DNA of 64,000 nt from Escherichia coli (GTDB lineage: Bacteria; Pseudomonadota; Gammaproteobacteria; Enterobacterales; Enterobacteriaceae), in NCBI RefSeq assembly GCF_041248615.1, contig NZ_CP158425.1. One strand, written 5' to 3'. A program made the position numbers and the translations under genes. Shown piece by piece: positions 18,506-28,322 of the stretch (position 1 is the stretch's first letter; every line of letters starts with the position of its first letter). The notes below the pieces were generated by a model. The model saw nothing but the letters and a program-made list of their open reading frames with translations. It did not search any database and had not been told where the DNA came from.

Positions 18506-19392
18506 TGCCACTGCTGGATAAGCTGCGTGAGCAGTACGGGGTCGGACCGCTATGCAGCGAACTGCATATTGCCCCGTCAACGTATTACCACTGTCAGCAA
18601 CAGCGACATCATCCGGATAAACGCAGTGCCCGTGCGCAGCGCGATGACTGGCTGAAGAAAGAGATACAGCGCGTATACGATGAAAATCACAAGGTATACG
18701 GTGTGCGTAAAGTCTGGCGTCAGTTGTTACGGGAAGGTATCAGAGTGGCCAGATGCACTGTGGCACGTCTCATGGCGGTTATGGGACTTGCCGGTGTTCT
18801 CCGGGGTAAAAAGGTCCGTACGACCATCAGCCGGAAAGCCGTTGCCGCAGGCGACCGCGTAAACCGTCAGTTCGTGGCAGAACGACCTGACCAGCTGTGG
18901 GTGGCTGATTTTACTTACGTCAGCACATGGCGGGGCTTCGTCTATGTGGCGTTCATCATTGATGTGTTTGCCGGATACATCGTGGGGTGGCGGGTCTCAT
19001 CGTCCATGGAAACGACATTCGTGCTGGATGCACTGGAGCAGGCGTTATGGGCCCGTCGACCGTCCGGCACGGTCCATCACAGTGATAAAGGTTCTCAGTA
19101 TGTATCGCTGGCCTACACACAGCGGCTTAAGGAAGCCGGATTACTGGCATCAACAGGAAGTACAGGCGACTCGTATGACAACGCGATGGCGGAGAGCATC
19201 AATGGTCTTTACAAAGCGGAGGTAATACACCGTAAGAGCTGGAAAAACCGTGCAGAAGTGGAACTGGCCACACTCACGTGGGTGGACTGGTATAACAATC
19301 GACGATTGCTGGAAAGGCTGGGCCATACTCCTCCGGCAGAAGCAGAAAAAGCTTATTATGCTTCCATCGGAAACGATGATCTGGCAGCCTGA
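18502..19392 (+). CDS. IS3-family transposase OrfB (DDE integrase core)
   Basis: 296 aa with the VADFTYV...HSDKGSQY...[18 protein letters not shown] signature. Probably expressed as an OrfAB fusion by -1 frameshifting (inferred from IS3-family biology). Confidence 0.9.
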   Translation: MMPLLDKLREQYGVGPLCSELHIAPSTYYHCQQQRHHPDKRSARAQRDDWLKKEIQRVYDENHKVYGVRKVWRQLLREGIRVARCTVARLMAVMGLAGVLRGKKVRTTISRKAVAAGDRVNRQFVAERPDQLWVADFTYVSTWRGFVYVAFIIDVFAGYIVGWRVSSSMETTFVLDALEQALWARRPSGTVHHSDKGSQYVSLAYTQRLKEAGLLASTGSTGDSYDNAMAESINGLYKAEVIHRKSWKNRAEVELATLTWVDWYNNRRLLERLGHTPPAEAEKAYYASIGNDDLAA

Positions 19393-19776
19393 GTTCACAG
19401 ATAAAACACTCTCCAGGAAACCCGGGGCGGTTCATCCAGTTTTGGATTCATCCCCTGGGCGTAAGCCACAGTATCGCGGGATGCGGGAGAGCCCTCAAGC
19501 TCAGCATTAGTGATCAGGTATACACCATGACTGTGCGCGAGAAGCACTTTTGGCACCAGATGTGTGCTGGCAATTTTTGAGGATGAGGGAAAGAAAACCC
19601 TACCAGCTTTACGCGCCTCTTCTTCAGTCTGTCCCTCAGCGTTAAGGAGGGCTCCCCCCGGATAGCATGCCGGGTCATAGATCTGATCTGCGGTGACCGA
19701 AAACGTTTTTGCGGTGCGAATTTCTTCGATCAGTTTATTAATATCCGCCATTTCAAATACGAGAGTGGTCACAGGC

Positions 19777-20088
19777 TTACTCTCCCTCTTCAGTGGACAA
19801 CATCAGATACTTTGTTGCCAGCAGAAGCTCTCCCACATCCTTGAGGGACAATTCAGCTTTGCCTTCTACGGCAAGCTGCAAGCGCTGTCGAATTGCATGA
19901 ACAGAATCTGAAGATAAAGATGCCATTTTGCGCAAAACGGCATTAGCCTTTTCTACAGCAGGATACAGAATTTCTGAGTTGGTATTATCTTCGTCATTAT
20001 CAAAGATAATTTCAGAATCCATATTGATGTTATCTTCAAGCCAGCTTGAAAGCACTTCAAGTAATGACATCACCTTTTCAATTTGCAT
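19777..20088 (-). CDS. Acidic hypothetical protein
   Basis: A GAGGAGG RBS precedes the ATG at 20088 (MQIEKV...). The track ORF start at 20124 lacks an RBS. Confidence 0.5.
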   Translation of the reverse strand: MQIEKVMSLLEVLSSWLEDNINMDSEIIFDNDEDNTNSEILYPAVEKANAVLRKMASLSSDSVHAIRQRLQLAVEGKAELSLKDVGELLLATKYLMLSTEEGE

Positions 20089-20137
20089 ATCGCCTCCTCT
20101 GTTAATGTGAAACAAATATAACAAAGTGGCTTACCCG

Positions 20138-20151
20138 GCTAATAACCTGAG
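20138..20151 (-). promoter_or_regulatory. Conserved promoter-like motif (CTCAGGTTATTAGC)
   Basis: About 50 nt upstream of the ATG at 20088. Confidence 0.45.
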
Positions 20152-20388
20152 CAGAAAGTTTTCGCACTTTGTTTGAAAACAACTTTTCTGCTCAGGTTAA
20201 TGTTAAAGTCGCTGTGTAAAAGATAAAGGGCACTAAAGATGATTTAAGCATCAAACAGACTAAATCGGATTCCGTCTTTTATATCGCTTTTAAAATAGAA
20301 TGAATGAAATATAAATTTAGCGTTTATGATTGAACGCTGTAGAGGTTGATTTATCCAGTGATATTCAGTTTGGGGCCTTAAAAAGGTT

Positions 20389-20619
20389 TTATTTTGGATT
20401 CGAATTACAAAGGGAGCACCGACATTTTTCTGGGGGCTCCCGCAGAGAAAAAGCGGTGAGGCTATGAAGACGAAGAGGAGGTATTCGACGAAATACTGTA
20501 TGGCCACAGGAGAGCTTCAGCACCCATATCCTGCCGTCTCGCTCGCCTGTAATGATTTCAACATGTACAACGTCATACCACGTAGTTGTATTTCTCACTT
20601 TGTTTATGCTTCCTGACAC
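20389..20619 (-). CDS. Small Cys-containing hypothetical protein
   Basis: GTG start inside the end of the upstream gene, with no RBS. CGH...CRCSLC cysteines suggest a zinc ribbon. Confidence 0.35.
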   Translation of the reverse strand: MSGSINKVRNTTTWYDVVHVEIITGERDGRIWVLKLSCGHTVFRRIPPLRLHSLTAFSLREPPEKCRCSLCNSNPK

Positions 20620-20924
20620 CGTGTGAACGCAATCTTCGTCTGGATGCGTTCATAGATGGAAAACTGCCTTTCAATGGAACCGGCATTAGACAGTAATTCA
20701 TGAAGCTCAGCAGAGTCTGTATCGGGAACGATAGCTACAGAAACTCCATATCTCCGTCCAATTTTGATTAGGTGCGCAAGCTGTTCTTTTTCGGATTCTG
20801 TGAGCATTGCCAGATCTCTTCCGGACACCTGCTCTATAAACGAACCAAGGTTTTTGGGAAAAAAGGGTTCGGCATCAGAGTTATGTGCTGGGCGCGTCTG
20901 CGGCTTATCGAAGCTATTGGGCAT
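20604..20924 (-). CDS. Hypothetical protein
   Basis: 106-aa ORF. Operator palindrome at 21074-21088 upstream. Confidence 0.45.
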   Translation of the reverse strand: MPNSFDKPQTRPAHNSDAEPFFPKNLGSFIEQVSGRDLAMLTESEKEQLAHLIKIGRRYGVSVAIVPDTDSAELHELLSNAGSIERQFSIYERIQTKIAFTRCQEA

Positions 20925-21073
20925 GAATAGAACCTATACAGTTAGAGAACTGGAGAATGGATAAAGACTCTATGAAAATCAGTTGTGCTACACTCGAATG
21001 CTAATCAAGCTTTATGATGGCTTTAGTAGGGATGGCCGTCAACTTAAACCGATAAGAAGGGAGCCATTTATCG

Positions 21074-21088
21074 TTAAAGTAACTTTCC
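21074..21088. promoter_or_regulatory. Palindromic operator-like site, copy 5
   Basis: TTAAAGTAACTTTCC. Confidence 0.5.
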
Positions 21089-21103
21089 CGGATGATGCTC
21101 TTT

Positions 21104-21331
21104 TTACGAAATAAGTTTCTCACACTCCTGTATAAGAGTCGCCCTGGAACGAGATCGACTGGCTTTGCTTAATGAAGAGCGTAGTTGATGTTCATCAACC
21201 CCATCAGCGATAAACTGACCGATTTTTGTTTCAAGCCGCTGCATTGCCTCGTAAAGCTTGGCATCCGCATTATTTTTAAGAAACCTCAGTATATAATCAG
21301 CAATAATTTGGACGGGAGTGAACTTATACAT
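21104..21331 (-). CDS. Small hypothetical protein
   Basis: AAGGA RBS; 75 aa. Confidence 0.5.
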   Translation of the reverse strand: MYKFTPVQIIADYILRFLKNNADAKLYEAMQRLETKIGQFIADGVDEHQLRSSLSKASRSRSRATLIQECEKLIS

Positions 21332-21558
21332 TATGTATCCTTAAGACGTTGTGTTAAATGATTCAAAAAAATTTATAACCAGACGTAAATTATTATACAT
21401 AAGTAAGCACTTTAGCTAACAAGCTGGAGGAGTGAATTTCGGTTAGCAACTATATTTTAGAAGCTGATTGCTGAATAGACAAAGCCCGGCTTACCGGGCA
21501 TTCATTTAATTAGATGCTAGAAATCTGACCCGTCGTCTGACTTTTATTCCAGGCAGAG

Positions 21559-22170
21559 TTAGGAACTAATAATGATGGCCTGGTCAGTTTGAGGAAGCCG
21601 GTTTCCTCTGATAAATGCAGGGTGGTTTAAACGAGAAGAAGAAATGGTCATCGCCAGAAATGTCTCTTCACGCGAACGCAGAAATTCCCCCCATGAATAG
21701 GTTTCCCATACGTCGTGAGAAAGGTCGGATTCCTTTATGTACCGGGATTGCATTGTTGGCTCAAAATCGACAGGGGCTAAACTGTCATAGGATGGATGAA
21801 CACGGTACCCCAATCCCTCCTCCGTCTGATGGTATGCATGTGCCAAAAGGACATCGTGGGAGACCAGGTCATAGTCGTTGTCCTGAACGAGCGTTTTTAC
21901 GGTATGACTAATTTCCCCAAAGCCGTCTATTTCCCAGAGCGTTATCATTGTGAACTCAGCTAAAGTTCGTGGGCTCTTTACCAGAAAGCCATTTAATGCT
22001 CGTCGCCCCTTCAGCATGCCAACGTGGTAGGTCTTGTTGGGATAGGGTTTCATTGCCACCAGCGAATCAGCTTTAAGCTCAAGTGACAATTCAGGGACAG
22101 ACACGGACATGAGAGTACACTTGTTTTTCATATGGTGAAGAATACGTGGCACAAGATGCAGATACATCAT
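21559..22170 (-). CDS. Hypothetical protein
   Basis: AAGGAG RBS; 203 aa; no recognisable motif. Confidence 0.5.
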   Translation of the reverse strand: MMYLHLVPRILHHMKNKCTLMSVSVPELSLELKADSLVAMKPYPNKTYHVGMLKGRRALNGFLVKSPRTLAEFTMITLWEIDGFGEISHTVKTLVQDNDYDLVSHDVLLAHAYHQTEEGLGYRVHPSYDSLAPVDFEPTMQSRYIKESDLSHDVWETYSWGEFLRSREETFLAMTISSSRLNHPAFIRGNRLPQTDQAIIISS

Positions 22171-22281
22171 TTTCTCCTTTTATGGATATAACTGGCAGAT
22201 CCTCAGCAGCATCAAAATAGTTAATAGACTTTTTTAATTGGTTAACCACTGTTGATTGACTTGTTTTATGTCTCTGAGAAA

Positions 22282-22848
22282 TTATTCGTTTTGTTTCTGT
22301 TCGTTATACTGCTCAAACCAGAAGACGACCGGTTTTACTACAATATGAAGCAAACCAAAACGTTCTGCGGTACGGAAATTCACGCTATATGCGCGAGCCC
22401 GTTCAACCTGTTTGGTAATTTCATTTCTCATTCCTTCAACACTAAAAGCTCCTTTAAAAAGGTTGCAGGGAGCGCATGATGGAAATAAGTTTTCTATTGC
22501 ATGCAGTTCAGGGTGCATAACCTTACCCGTACTTCGGGCAACATGAGTTACGCCGCTGCCGACCGGGGCTCTCACCAGTTCAAAGTCGCGTCGAACAGGC
22601 TCAACATGATCGGCATGCCACCCTTTTTCAGGAAGCTTGCAACCACAATAGGCACAACGCCCCCCAAATTTCATTCGCAGCTCAGCTCGCTGTATTTTAG
22701 AGATCTTATTTTTAGGTTTTGAGAACCTACCATCAGGTGATTCCGCTTTGGATAACTTTGCTGAGGGCTCAGGTAACTCAACTAAATTCCCGTTGATATT
22801 TATCACCTTGACCATATCATTTTCCGCCTTTACTAATCTCACGGGCAC
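22282..22848 (-). CDS. HNH endonuclease
   Basis: CAYCGCKL...WHADHVEPV...HAIENLFPSCAPCNLFKG is a classic HNH (CxxC...H..H...N...CxxC) signature. The start is either GTG at 22848 or ATG at 22815. Confidence 0.75.
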   Translation of the reverse strand: MPVRLVKAENDMVKVININGNLVELPEPSAKLSKAESPDGRFSKPKNKISKIQRAELRMKFGGRCAYCGCKLPEKGWHADHVEPVRRDFELVRAPVGSGVTHVARSTGKVMHPELHAIENLFPSCAPCNLFKGAFSVEGMRNEITKQVERARAYSVNFRTAERFGLLHIVVKPVVFWFEQYNEQKQNE

Positions 22849-22875
22849 AGGAGCTGGCTTAAGTAACCGCTGAAG

Positions 22876-23064
22876 TTAACAGCCACTGACTGCCTCTACC
22901 CAGACCTTCTGTTTATACTCAATAGGCCACCCCTCTTTATCTGCCCGGATGACGCAATCATTTACCGTGGTGCGTGACCGGATACGAACATCAAGCGGAA
23001 GCGAATCGTTATCCACACGAGCCTGTGCCTCATTTAAAATGCGTAAAAACATCTCTTTGGTCAT
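22876..23064 (-). CDS. Small hypothetical protein
   Basis: ATGA overlap with the upstream gene (23061-23064). Confidence 0.45.
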   Translation of the reverse strand: MTKEMFLRILNEAQARVDNDSLPLDVRIRSRTTVNDCVIRADKEGWPIEYKQKVWVEAVSGC

Positions 23065-23372
23065 TCAGATACCCCCTCAACTTTGCGAATTTTGATCAGA
23101 TGAGGGCGATTCAGTTTACAAAGTTGTTCTGTCGCTTCATCAATCGAATTGAACCGATGAGCCTCTTCGATATTTAAAGTCCAGTATTTCGCTTTCCCTT
23201 CTCCCAGATCGGACTCAAAATAATTTCGCTTTACATCCATTTTTTTAGGCCTGCCATTTATCTTGACGACATTATGTCTGTCATCAAAAAGAAATTCGTC
23301 CCCCTCAAAAGTGATTAATACAAATGGCCCCTCAGGCTTGGAAGTCCGGGGACTTCCCATTTTCAAAGTCAT
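23061..23372 (-). CDS. Hypothetical protein
   Basis: GAGAGG RBS; 103 aa. Confidence 0.5.
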   Translation of the reverse strand: MTLKMGSPRTSKPEGPFVLITFEGDEFLFDDRHNVVKINGRPKKMDVKRNYFESDLGEGKAKYWTLNIEEAHRFNSIDEATEQLCKLNRPHLIKIRKVEGVSE

Positions 23373-23434
23373 ACTTCAGCCTCTCGATAGAACTCATGAA
23401 ACCTCAAATTAAAATGGACTCACACCACACTGAT

Positions 23435-23674
23435 TCAGTATTCCTCCTGAACCCCATTAGGCTCTGTTGTGATTTCATATTTAATACCGCCAGGTGCTCC
23501 CACAGCGTCCGCGACCGACTCACACAGCAGCGAGAGATCGTTGAGGGTCATTGGGTGTTCAATGTCCAGCGTGAAGAGTTTCCCGGCTTGCTTGGCGGCT
23601 GTCTTGTCAGCATGTTCAGCATTAAAAAGGTATACGGTGTGTTTTTCCTGAGCGGGGGTATTTTGATTTTGCAT
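23435..23674 (-). CDS. Small protein, paralog of 16933-17157
   Basis: Shared PMTLNDLS.LC.S.A.AVG.PGG.KY block. AAGGA RBS. Confidence 0.6.
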   Translation of the reverse strand: MQNQNTPAQEKHTVYLFNAEHADKTAAKQAGKLFTLDIEHPMTLNDLSLLCESVADAVGAPGGIKYEITTEPNGVQEEY

Positions 23675-23804
23675 TGATGATCCTTTTGTTTAGTTCCCCG
23701 ATTCCGGGGGTGAGTGAATTAATTTAAATTTATATTTGTCTGGTTTAATTAGAACGTTTCCAGGCTATGCGTAAACAGGTAATGCAAAGGCTGTATCAAC
23801 AGGA

Positions 23805-23819
23805 TTAAAGTTACTTTTC
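23805..23819. promoter_or_regulatory. Palindromic operator-like site, copy 6
   Basis: TTAAAGTTACTTTTC. Confidence 0.5.
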
Positions 23820-23923
23820 TGGATGCAGCAACGCTTGGACATGATGTCCACATTACATCACGATCAAAGCTAAGTTTTTTTTGTATAACCCCTTCATTTT
23901 CGTGTGTTTCGCGTTTCAGACGC

Positions 23924-26308
23924 TTATACGACCTGCCTGACCATCCTCATCAGAAGGCGGTTTAACAGTCCTTTCGCTGTCGGGCGATTGCTATCGACAT
24001 AGTAAAAACCTGTTTTGGTCGTACCGTGAGCACTGCTCAGCACCCTCAGTTCCCAGATAACGTCACGGATAACGCCGCCATTTTCTGGCTTAAGGCATTC
24101 AGATAAATGGCGCATGAAACGAGCTCTTACGGCACGGTAATAGCGGAACTCCTCTGGCTGGTTAGTATTTTCTTTCACCCGGAGTCGCTGGTTACACAGA
24201 GTTAGAACTGCATCCATCATTCCCGCCTTCAGCTTCGCCTGGATCGCACCTTGTTGCTGTTCCCTCTCACCTTCGAGTAACGTTAAGATTCTTTCTCCGA
24301 GTGCCGTCTTGTTGTGTACGTGCAACTGTACACAGGCAGCTACGCATGCCCAGAATCTGAACTTTTTTATCTGTCCACGCAATTTCCGGGCTACAACCTG
24401 ACGGTATGCAGTATCGCTGAGTATTTTAAAACGCCGACTGGCAACCAGCTCTGGAAGCGACACTCTTTCGCCTATCCCCAGGCGGGAAAAGGTTTGTCCC
24501 CGTTGTGCGAGACGATGATAGACAGCGCCCTTCCCTTTTGAAATTCGGACCGCGCCATAACGAAGAAGATACTGAGCAGCAGTCGTTGGAGTAAACTCAC
24601 CGTCAGCGATGCTCTGGCGTAACCCGTCGTATTCATGCCAGATAATCCAGGACGCCGTATCTTCTTCAACAGTCAGCTCATCCTCTTCCTCGAATGCCAC
24701 GACGACAGAACTGCTCTCTCCGGTCTTTAGGCTACGTGAAGCCCTGGGGTCAGCCTGCCCGTCAAAATAGGTCATCAGCGGCAACGTATCAGTCAGTCCA
24801 TCATAAGCTGTACCGAACCGGCCTCCGGGCAGTTTCATCCAGAGTGGAGCTGGCATTGGTGTACGGGCCACAGGCAGCATGTCAGGCTCATCCTCAAGAA
24901 GGTCCAGATCGGCCTCTTCCCAGACTCTGCGATAGATCTCAATTGCCCGAAACGGGCGAGGGTTGAAACAGTGCAACGACCAGAGGAAATCAACGTGGAT
25001 CACGTTTGCTTCATGTACAAGCCGAAATTGTGGCTCAGCCATACGACGGTTATAAGCCGTATCGTCCACCTCGCCGGAAAGTAGCTTTCTGCGATGCTTT
25101 GCCGCACGTCTGGCTTCAACATAATCAAGGCTGCAACAGACATGAAAAAGACGTTCAGTCAGGGACGAAGAAAAGATATTGGGTTGAAGACGCACATACC
25201 CGCCTTCGAACACTTTACGACCGATATAATCCCGCAGGCTCCAGTCGTACTGGATCTTAGAAAGAAATCGCTGAAGACGACTTAGGCCTGCCTGATAACC
25301 ATATTTCTCAGGGTCAGTGCGAAGGAGCGTTTCCATTGAATGGTCAACCCCTACGGCTGTGCAAAGCGAGCACCCATATCTAGCCCCACAAGCTGAGGTT
25401 CGCGTGGGTTTCTCCGGCGACCAGATACACTCTCCGGTGGCGTCTTTATAAAGCGTTGCCAGGCTGAAGTTATCCGGCATAAAGCTTGGTAAAGGGAAGC
25501 GGGATTCGGAACCACAGGCCATTAGAAAAGACCAGATGTCCTGAGTGCGCCACTCCTTTACTGGATAGAGTTCACCACCGTGCTCAGTCAGGGTTACTTT
25601 CCTCGCCTGCCCTCCCATTTTGAGGATATTTCCGGCCCTTCGGGCACTTTCATCATCCCTGGAGCCCAGCATCAGGCATACCCTGCTTCGTACGGATGCC
25701 GGGGCGTTTTTTAGATAACGAGCTTTGGCCTTGCGCAGGGGGGCGATTTTGTAGTCGGTTGAGCACTGACGGGTTGAAGAATTAGTCCAGGTCGGAAGTC
25801 CACGTCCAGTCAGAATGCGGCCTACCCAGCTCTGCGTAAGAGACGGTTGGGCGACAAGGACTGTGACCGGTAGCTGGTGTTCAGCAATGAACATTCTAAG
25901 CTGGTTGAGAACCTGTGAAGCCTGATAGTGCATCTCAGGGTTTTCGATCAGCGTATCGGACATCTGAATGAAATGATGTTCGCTGATATTTGTGCCGTTA
26001 CGTACTGCCCTGATCAATGCCATCAGAAATAGGTGAAGAAGAGAATGGGAGTCTTTACCGCCACTGTATCCCACGCACATCGTCCATCCGTCCGTAATAG
26101 CCTGATAAATAGCAGATGTGGCTGACGTGACCAGAGAAGAAAGACTCACAGTCTCCTTTTCATCGGTATAGTTCAGATCGGCATCGGTTGTCAGGGTCTC
26201 CCAAACATCAGCCCATTTATCATGTTTCAAAATGGCAGCATTAGCCGCCTCAGGAAAAATAACTTCTGAGGGTAATTCAAGGAATGAGTCACTTTTTTCA
26301 ATAAACAT
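23924..26308 (-). CDS. DndC / PAPS-reductase-like PP-loop ATPase with a long C-terminal extension (794 aa)
   Basis: PP-loop motif VGYSGGKDSHSLLHL. Downstream cysteine motif ARYGCSLCTAVGVDHSMETLL resembles the DndC/IbrA family (R[FY]GC.xCT...D.SME). The roughly 330-aa C-terminal region is unassigned. Confidence 0.65.
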   Translation of the reverse strand: MFIEKSDSFLELPSEVIFPEAANAAILKHDKWADVWETLTTDADLNYTDEKETVSLSSLVTSATSAIYQAITDGWTMCVGYSGGKDSHSLLHLFLMALIRAVRNGTNISEHHFIQMSDTLIENPEMHYQASQVLNQLRMFIAEHQLPVTVLVAQPSLTQSWVGRILTGRGLPTWTNSSTRQCSTDYKIAPLRKAKARYLKNAPASVRSRVCLMLGSRDDESARRAGNILKMGGQARKVTLTEHGGELYPVKEWRTQDIWSFLMACGSESRFPLPSFMPDNFSLATLYKDATGECIWSPEKPTRTSACGARYGCSLCTAVGVDHSMETLLRTDPEKYGYQAGLSRLQRFLSKIQYDWSLRDYIGRKVFEGGYVRLQPNIFSSSLTERLFHVCCSLDYVEARRAAKHRRKLLSGEVDDTAYNRRMAEPQFRLVHEANVIHVDFLWSLHCFNPRPFRAIEIYRRVWEEADLDLLEDEPDMLPVARTPMPAPLWMKLPGGRFGTAYDGLTDTLPLMTYFDGQADPRASRSLKTGESSSVVVAFEEEDELTVEEDTASWIIWHEYDGLRQSIADGEFTPTTAAQYLLRYGAVRISKGKGAVYHRLAQRGQTFSRLGIGERVSLPELVASRRFKILSDTAYRQVVARKLRGQIKKFRFWACVAACVQLHVHNKTALGERILTLLEGEREQQQGAIQAKLKAGMMDAVLTLCNQRLRVKENTNQPEEFRYYRAVRARFMRHLSECLKPENGGVIRDVIWELRVLSSAHGTTKTGFYYVDSNRPTAKGLLNRLLMRMVRQVV

Positions 26309-26480
26309 ATATTTTCCTGAACCACGGCATATGCTGCATCACTGATATTTTTATTAGAACTTTAAAATAACTACAGCGCAACCATTTAGCGAAATTATAT
26401 TAAATCAAAATCACGCAAATTTAATTCTTAAATAGATTTAAAATAAAAACCCATTGTAATTTAATCTCCCAGCACAGCTA

Positions 26481-26930
26481 TTAGATATAGGTTGGTGGTG
26501 TAATAAAAGCCGTGACATTTGTTTTCAACTCAGACAGCGGAATTGAAGGAGTGTTAAGAGTCATGTCATCACCACAATGGCGTGGTAGAGCAGAAAGCTG
26601 AAATGAATCTTTCATCACCCTAATAACCGGGCATTCCGTACGTGCTGATGGCATTACTTCCCGCAGCATCGCTTCCTGCCTTGTGCTATCGCTATGCTTA
26701 TATTCATCCTGGTCTGTTATTTCTTGAATTTCATCTTCACCACAAAATGACCAGTTAGCGTCATAGAAGTAAAACTCAGTTAACTGAAGATCGTTTTTTT
26801 TCACGTATGTCGCCAATTTGCGGATACGCTGTTCAAGCATTGTATCTATCCGTAAGGAAACACTTTGCGGAACATCACTTGCAAAGTCATTGATGCAAAC
26901 AACGGTAGATACTATGAATTTATTGGTCAT
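26481..26930 (-). CDS. Hypothetical protein
   Basis: TGGAG RBS; 149 aa. Confidence 0.5.
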   Translation of the reverse strand: MTNKFIVSTVVCINDFASDVPQSVSLRIDTMLEQRIRKLATYVKKNDLQLTEFYFYDANWSFCGEDEIQEITDQDEYKHSDSTRQEAMLREVMPSARTECPVIRVMKDSFQLSALPRHCGDDMTLNTPSIPLSELKTNVTAFITPPTYI

Positions 26931-26981
26931 GGCAGGCTCCAGGCCACCGGGGGAACCGGTGGCTACGGTTATCAGGCAGGC

Positions 26982-27773
26982 TTATGCGCCGCAAAGGGTG
27001 TCAAGGGAAGGAAGAAGCTTGCTCAGCTTGTCGTAATCGAGCGGAGACAGTTCTGTAACGAGTTCGACCGAAAGACTGGTGTTGTCTTCTTCACTCAGAA
27101 TATAGATTCCGTCTTCTGGCTCTTTTCCGGCACATGCCTTCAGTCGTCTGTTAACGACCTCCTGGGCTGAATCCGCTACGTCGCAGCTCAGGACATAGCT
27201 TGCCACATAGCTGCTCTCACCGTGGTAATGCGTCACTTTACACAGAGCATACTGGATACCGGCTTTGTGAGCCTCATTCATGAGACGAGAAAACTGACAG
27301 CCATCCTGGTAATAGTGGGTATCCTTTGTGACCAGAATAGTCATACCCCCAAATTCATCTGTCCGGCTTTTACTGCATGTAAATGCAGCAGTAATTGTTA
27401 CCATTTCCGGGAGGTCGAATACCGACAGCACGGCAGTTGTGAGGCAAATTGCATGGTCAAGATCAATAGTCTCTCCATGAAAAACTGACAGCCCACTGCT
27501 GTTAACTTCTGTTGCGAACGACAGTTCATAATTACAGTCTGGGCAGGATGGTTGCCCAAAGCTCGGCTCTGAAGGGTCATACTCAGGGTGGTTCTCAATA
27601 ATACTGAGAATCAGCTTCTCAGTCAGAGAACAATCTGCCAGTGGCTTATCAAGCAAACGCTCACCTTCTGCAATTTCTGCTTCGGTAACGAATGTGATTG
27701 CTTCTTGTGCCATTTTAGCCTGCTCCTGAGTGCAGGGAATAATAAACGACGCCAGAGTATAATTATCTGCCAC
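26982..27773 (-). CDS. Hypothetical acidic protein
   Basis: GTG start with AAGGAG 6 nt upstream; 263 aa. The conserved promoter motif lies at 27841-27854. Confidence 0.55.
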   Translation of the reverse strand: MADNYTLASFIIPCTQEQAKMAQEAITFVTEAEIAEGERLLDKPLADCSLTEKLILSIIENHPEYDPSEPSFGQPSCPDCNYELSFATEVNSSGLSVFHGETIDLDHAICLTTAVLSVFDLPEMVTITAAFTCSKSRTDEFGGMTILVTKDTHYYQDGCQFSRLMNEAHKAGIQYALCKVTHYHGESSYVASYVLSCDVADSAQEVVNRRLKACAGKEPEDGIYILSEEDNTSLSVELVTELSPLDYDKLSKLLPSLDTLCGA

Positions 27774-27840
27774 AGTTGACTCCTTGATTATTTAATTAAT
27801 GTATTTGATGAGAAGATCATAACAAACACACTACTACCAA

Positions 27841-27854
27841 CTAATAACCTGAAG
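27841..27854 (-). promoter_or_regulatory. Conserved promoter-like motif (CTTCAGGTTATTAG)
   Basis: About 68 nt upstream of the GTG at 27773. TTCTAA sits at the -35 position with a 16-nt spacer. Confidence 0.45.
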
Positions 27855-27940
27855 TCGTTTTTTTAGAAAAAATATTAAGAAGAATATGAACACCACCTCA
27901 TCTTAAATTAATATTGTTCAGGATTAATATTCATTTTTGC

Positions 27941-27968
27941 AAATAAAAACCGCCAGACGGCGGCTTTT
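27941..27968 (-). terminator. Rho-independent terminator (works in both directions by sequence)
   Basis: CCGCC-AGAC-GGCGG stem flanked by an A-run upstream and a T-run downstream. Confidence 0.55.
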
Positions 27969-27999
27969 ATAAAGAGGGAAATATCATTGGAAGCTGAAA

Positions 28000-28257
28000 T
28001 TACTTCACGGCAGGCCGACAAATTACGCGACTGCTGTGAGCTGAAGCGAAACTTGTAGAGGAAACTATAATCACCTTTTCTAAGTCGTCGGCACTGTCGG
28101 CAATATGATGCCGAAAAGCCTCCTCTGCATCACCAGGGGAATCGGCTTCGACCGGGTAGGCCTGATCATCATCATCAAACATAATGCGCCCGGAAATGAG
28201 ATAAAGTCGGCTCAAATCTGGCGTCGCTGCGCTCGTGCTTCGTTCGTTCAGATTCAT
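28000..28257 (-). CDS. Small acidic hypothetical protein
   Basis: ACGGAGA RBS; 85 aa; Asp-rich (FDDDDQ, DSPGDAEE). Confidence 0.5.
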   Translation of the reverse strand: MNLNERSTSAATPDLSRLYLISGRIMFDDDDQAYPVEADSPGDAEEAFRHHIADSADDLEKVIIVSSTSFASAHSSRVICRPAVK

Positions 28258-28322
28258 TTTTTCTCCGTCTGTTGCTCGTAAAAAGAATGACGCCGGTTTA
28301 AAAGGCGTCGCCAGGGTTCAGG

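Larger units (their letters stand above)
18125..19434 (+). mobile_element. IS629/IS1203-type insertion sequence (IS3 family), copy 1
   Basis: 1310 bp. Terminal inverted repeats TGAACCGCCCCGGGAATCCTGGAGA / TCTCCAGGAAACCCGGGGCGGTTCA. 3-bp TCC target duplication (18122-18124 and 19435-19437). orfA and orfB overlap. Confidence 0.9.
17968..19772 (-). pseudogene. DUF3085-like gene split by IS629 insertion
   Basis: Removing 18125-19434 and one TCC copy joins ...AYAQGMNPKLD to EDWDYACDAALGGSDCSYTIPVEWLELAV...KLVTK* in frame. The HGVYL / AYA.G.NP / DW / LGG.D pattern recalls DUF3085 proteins of ICEs. Confidence 0.6.
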
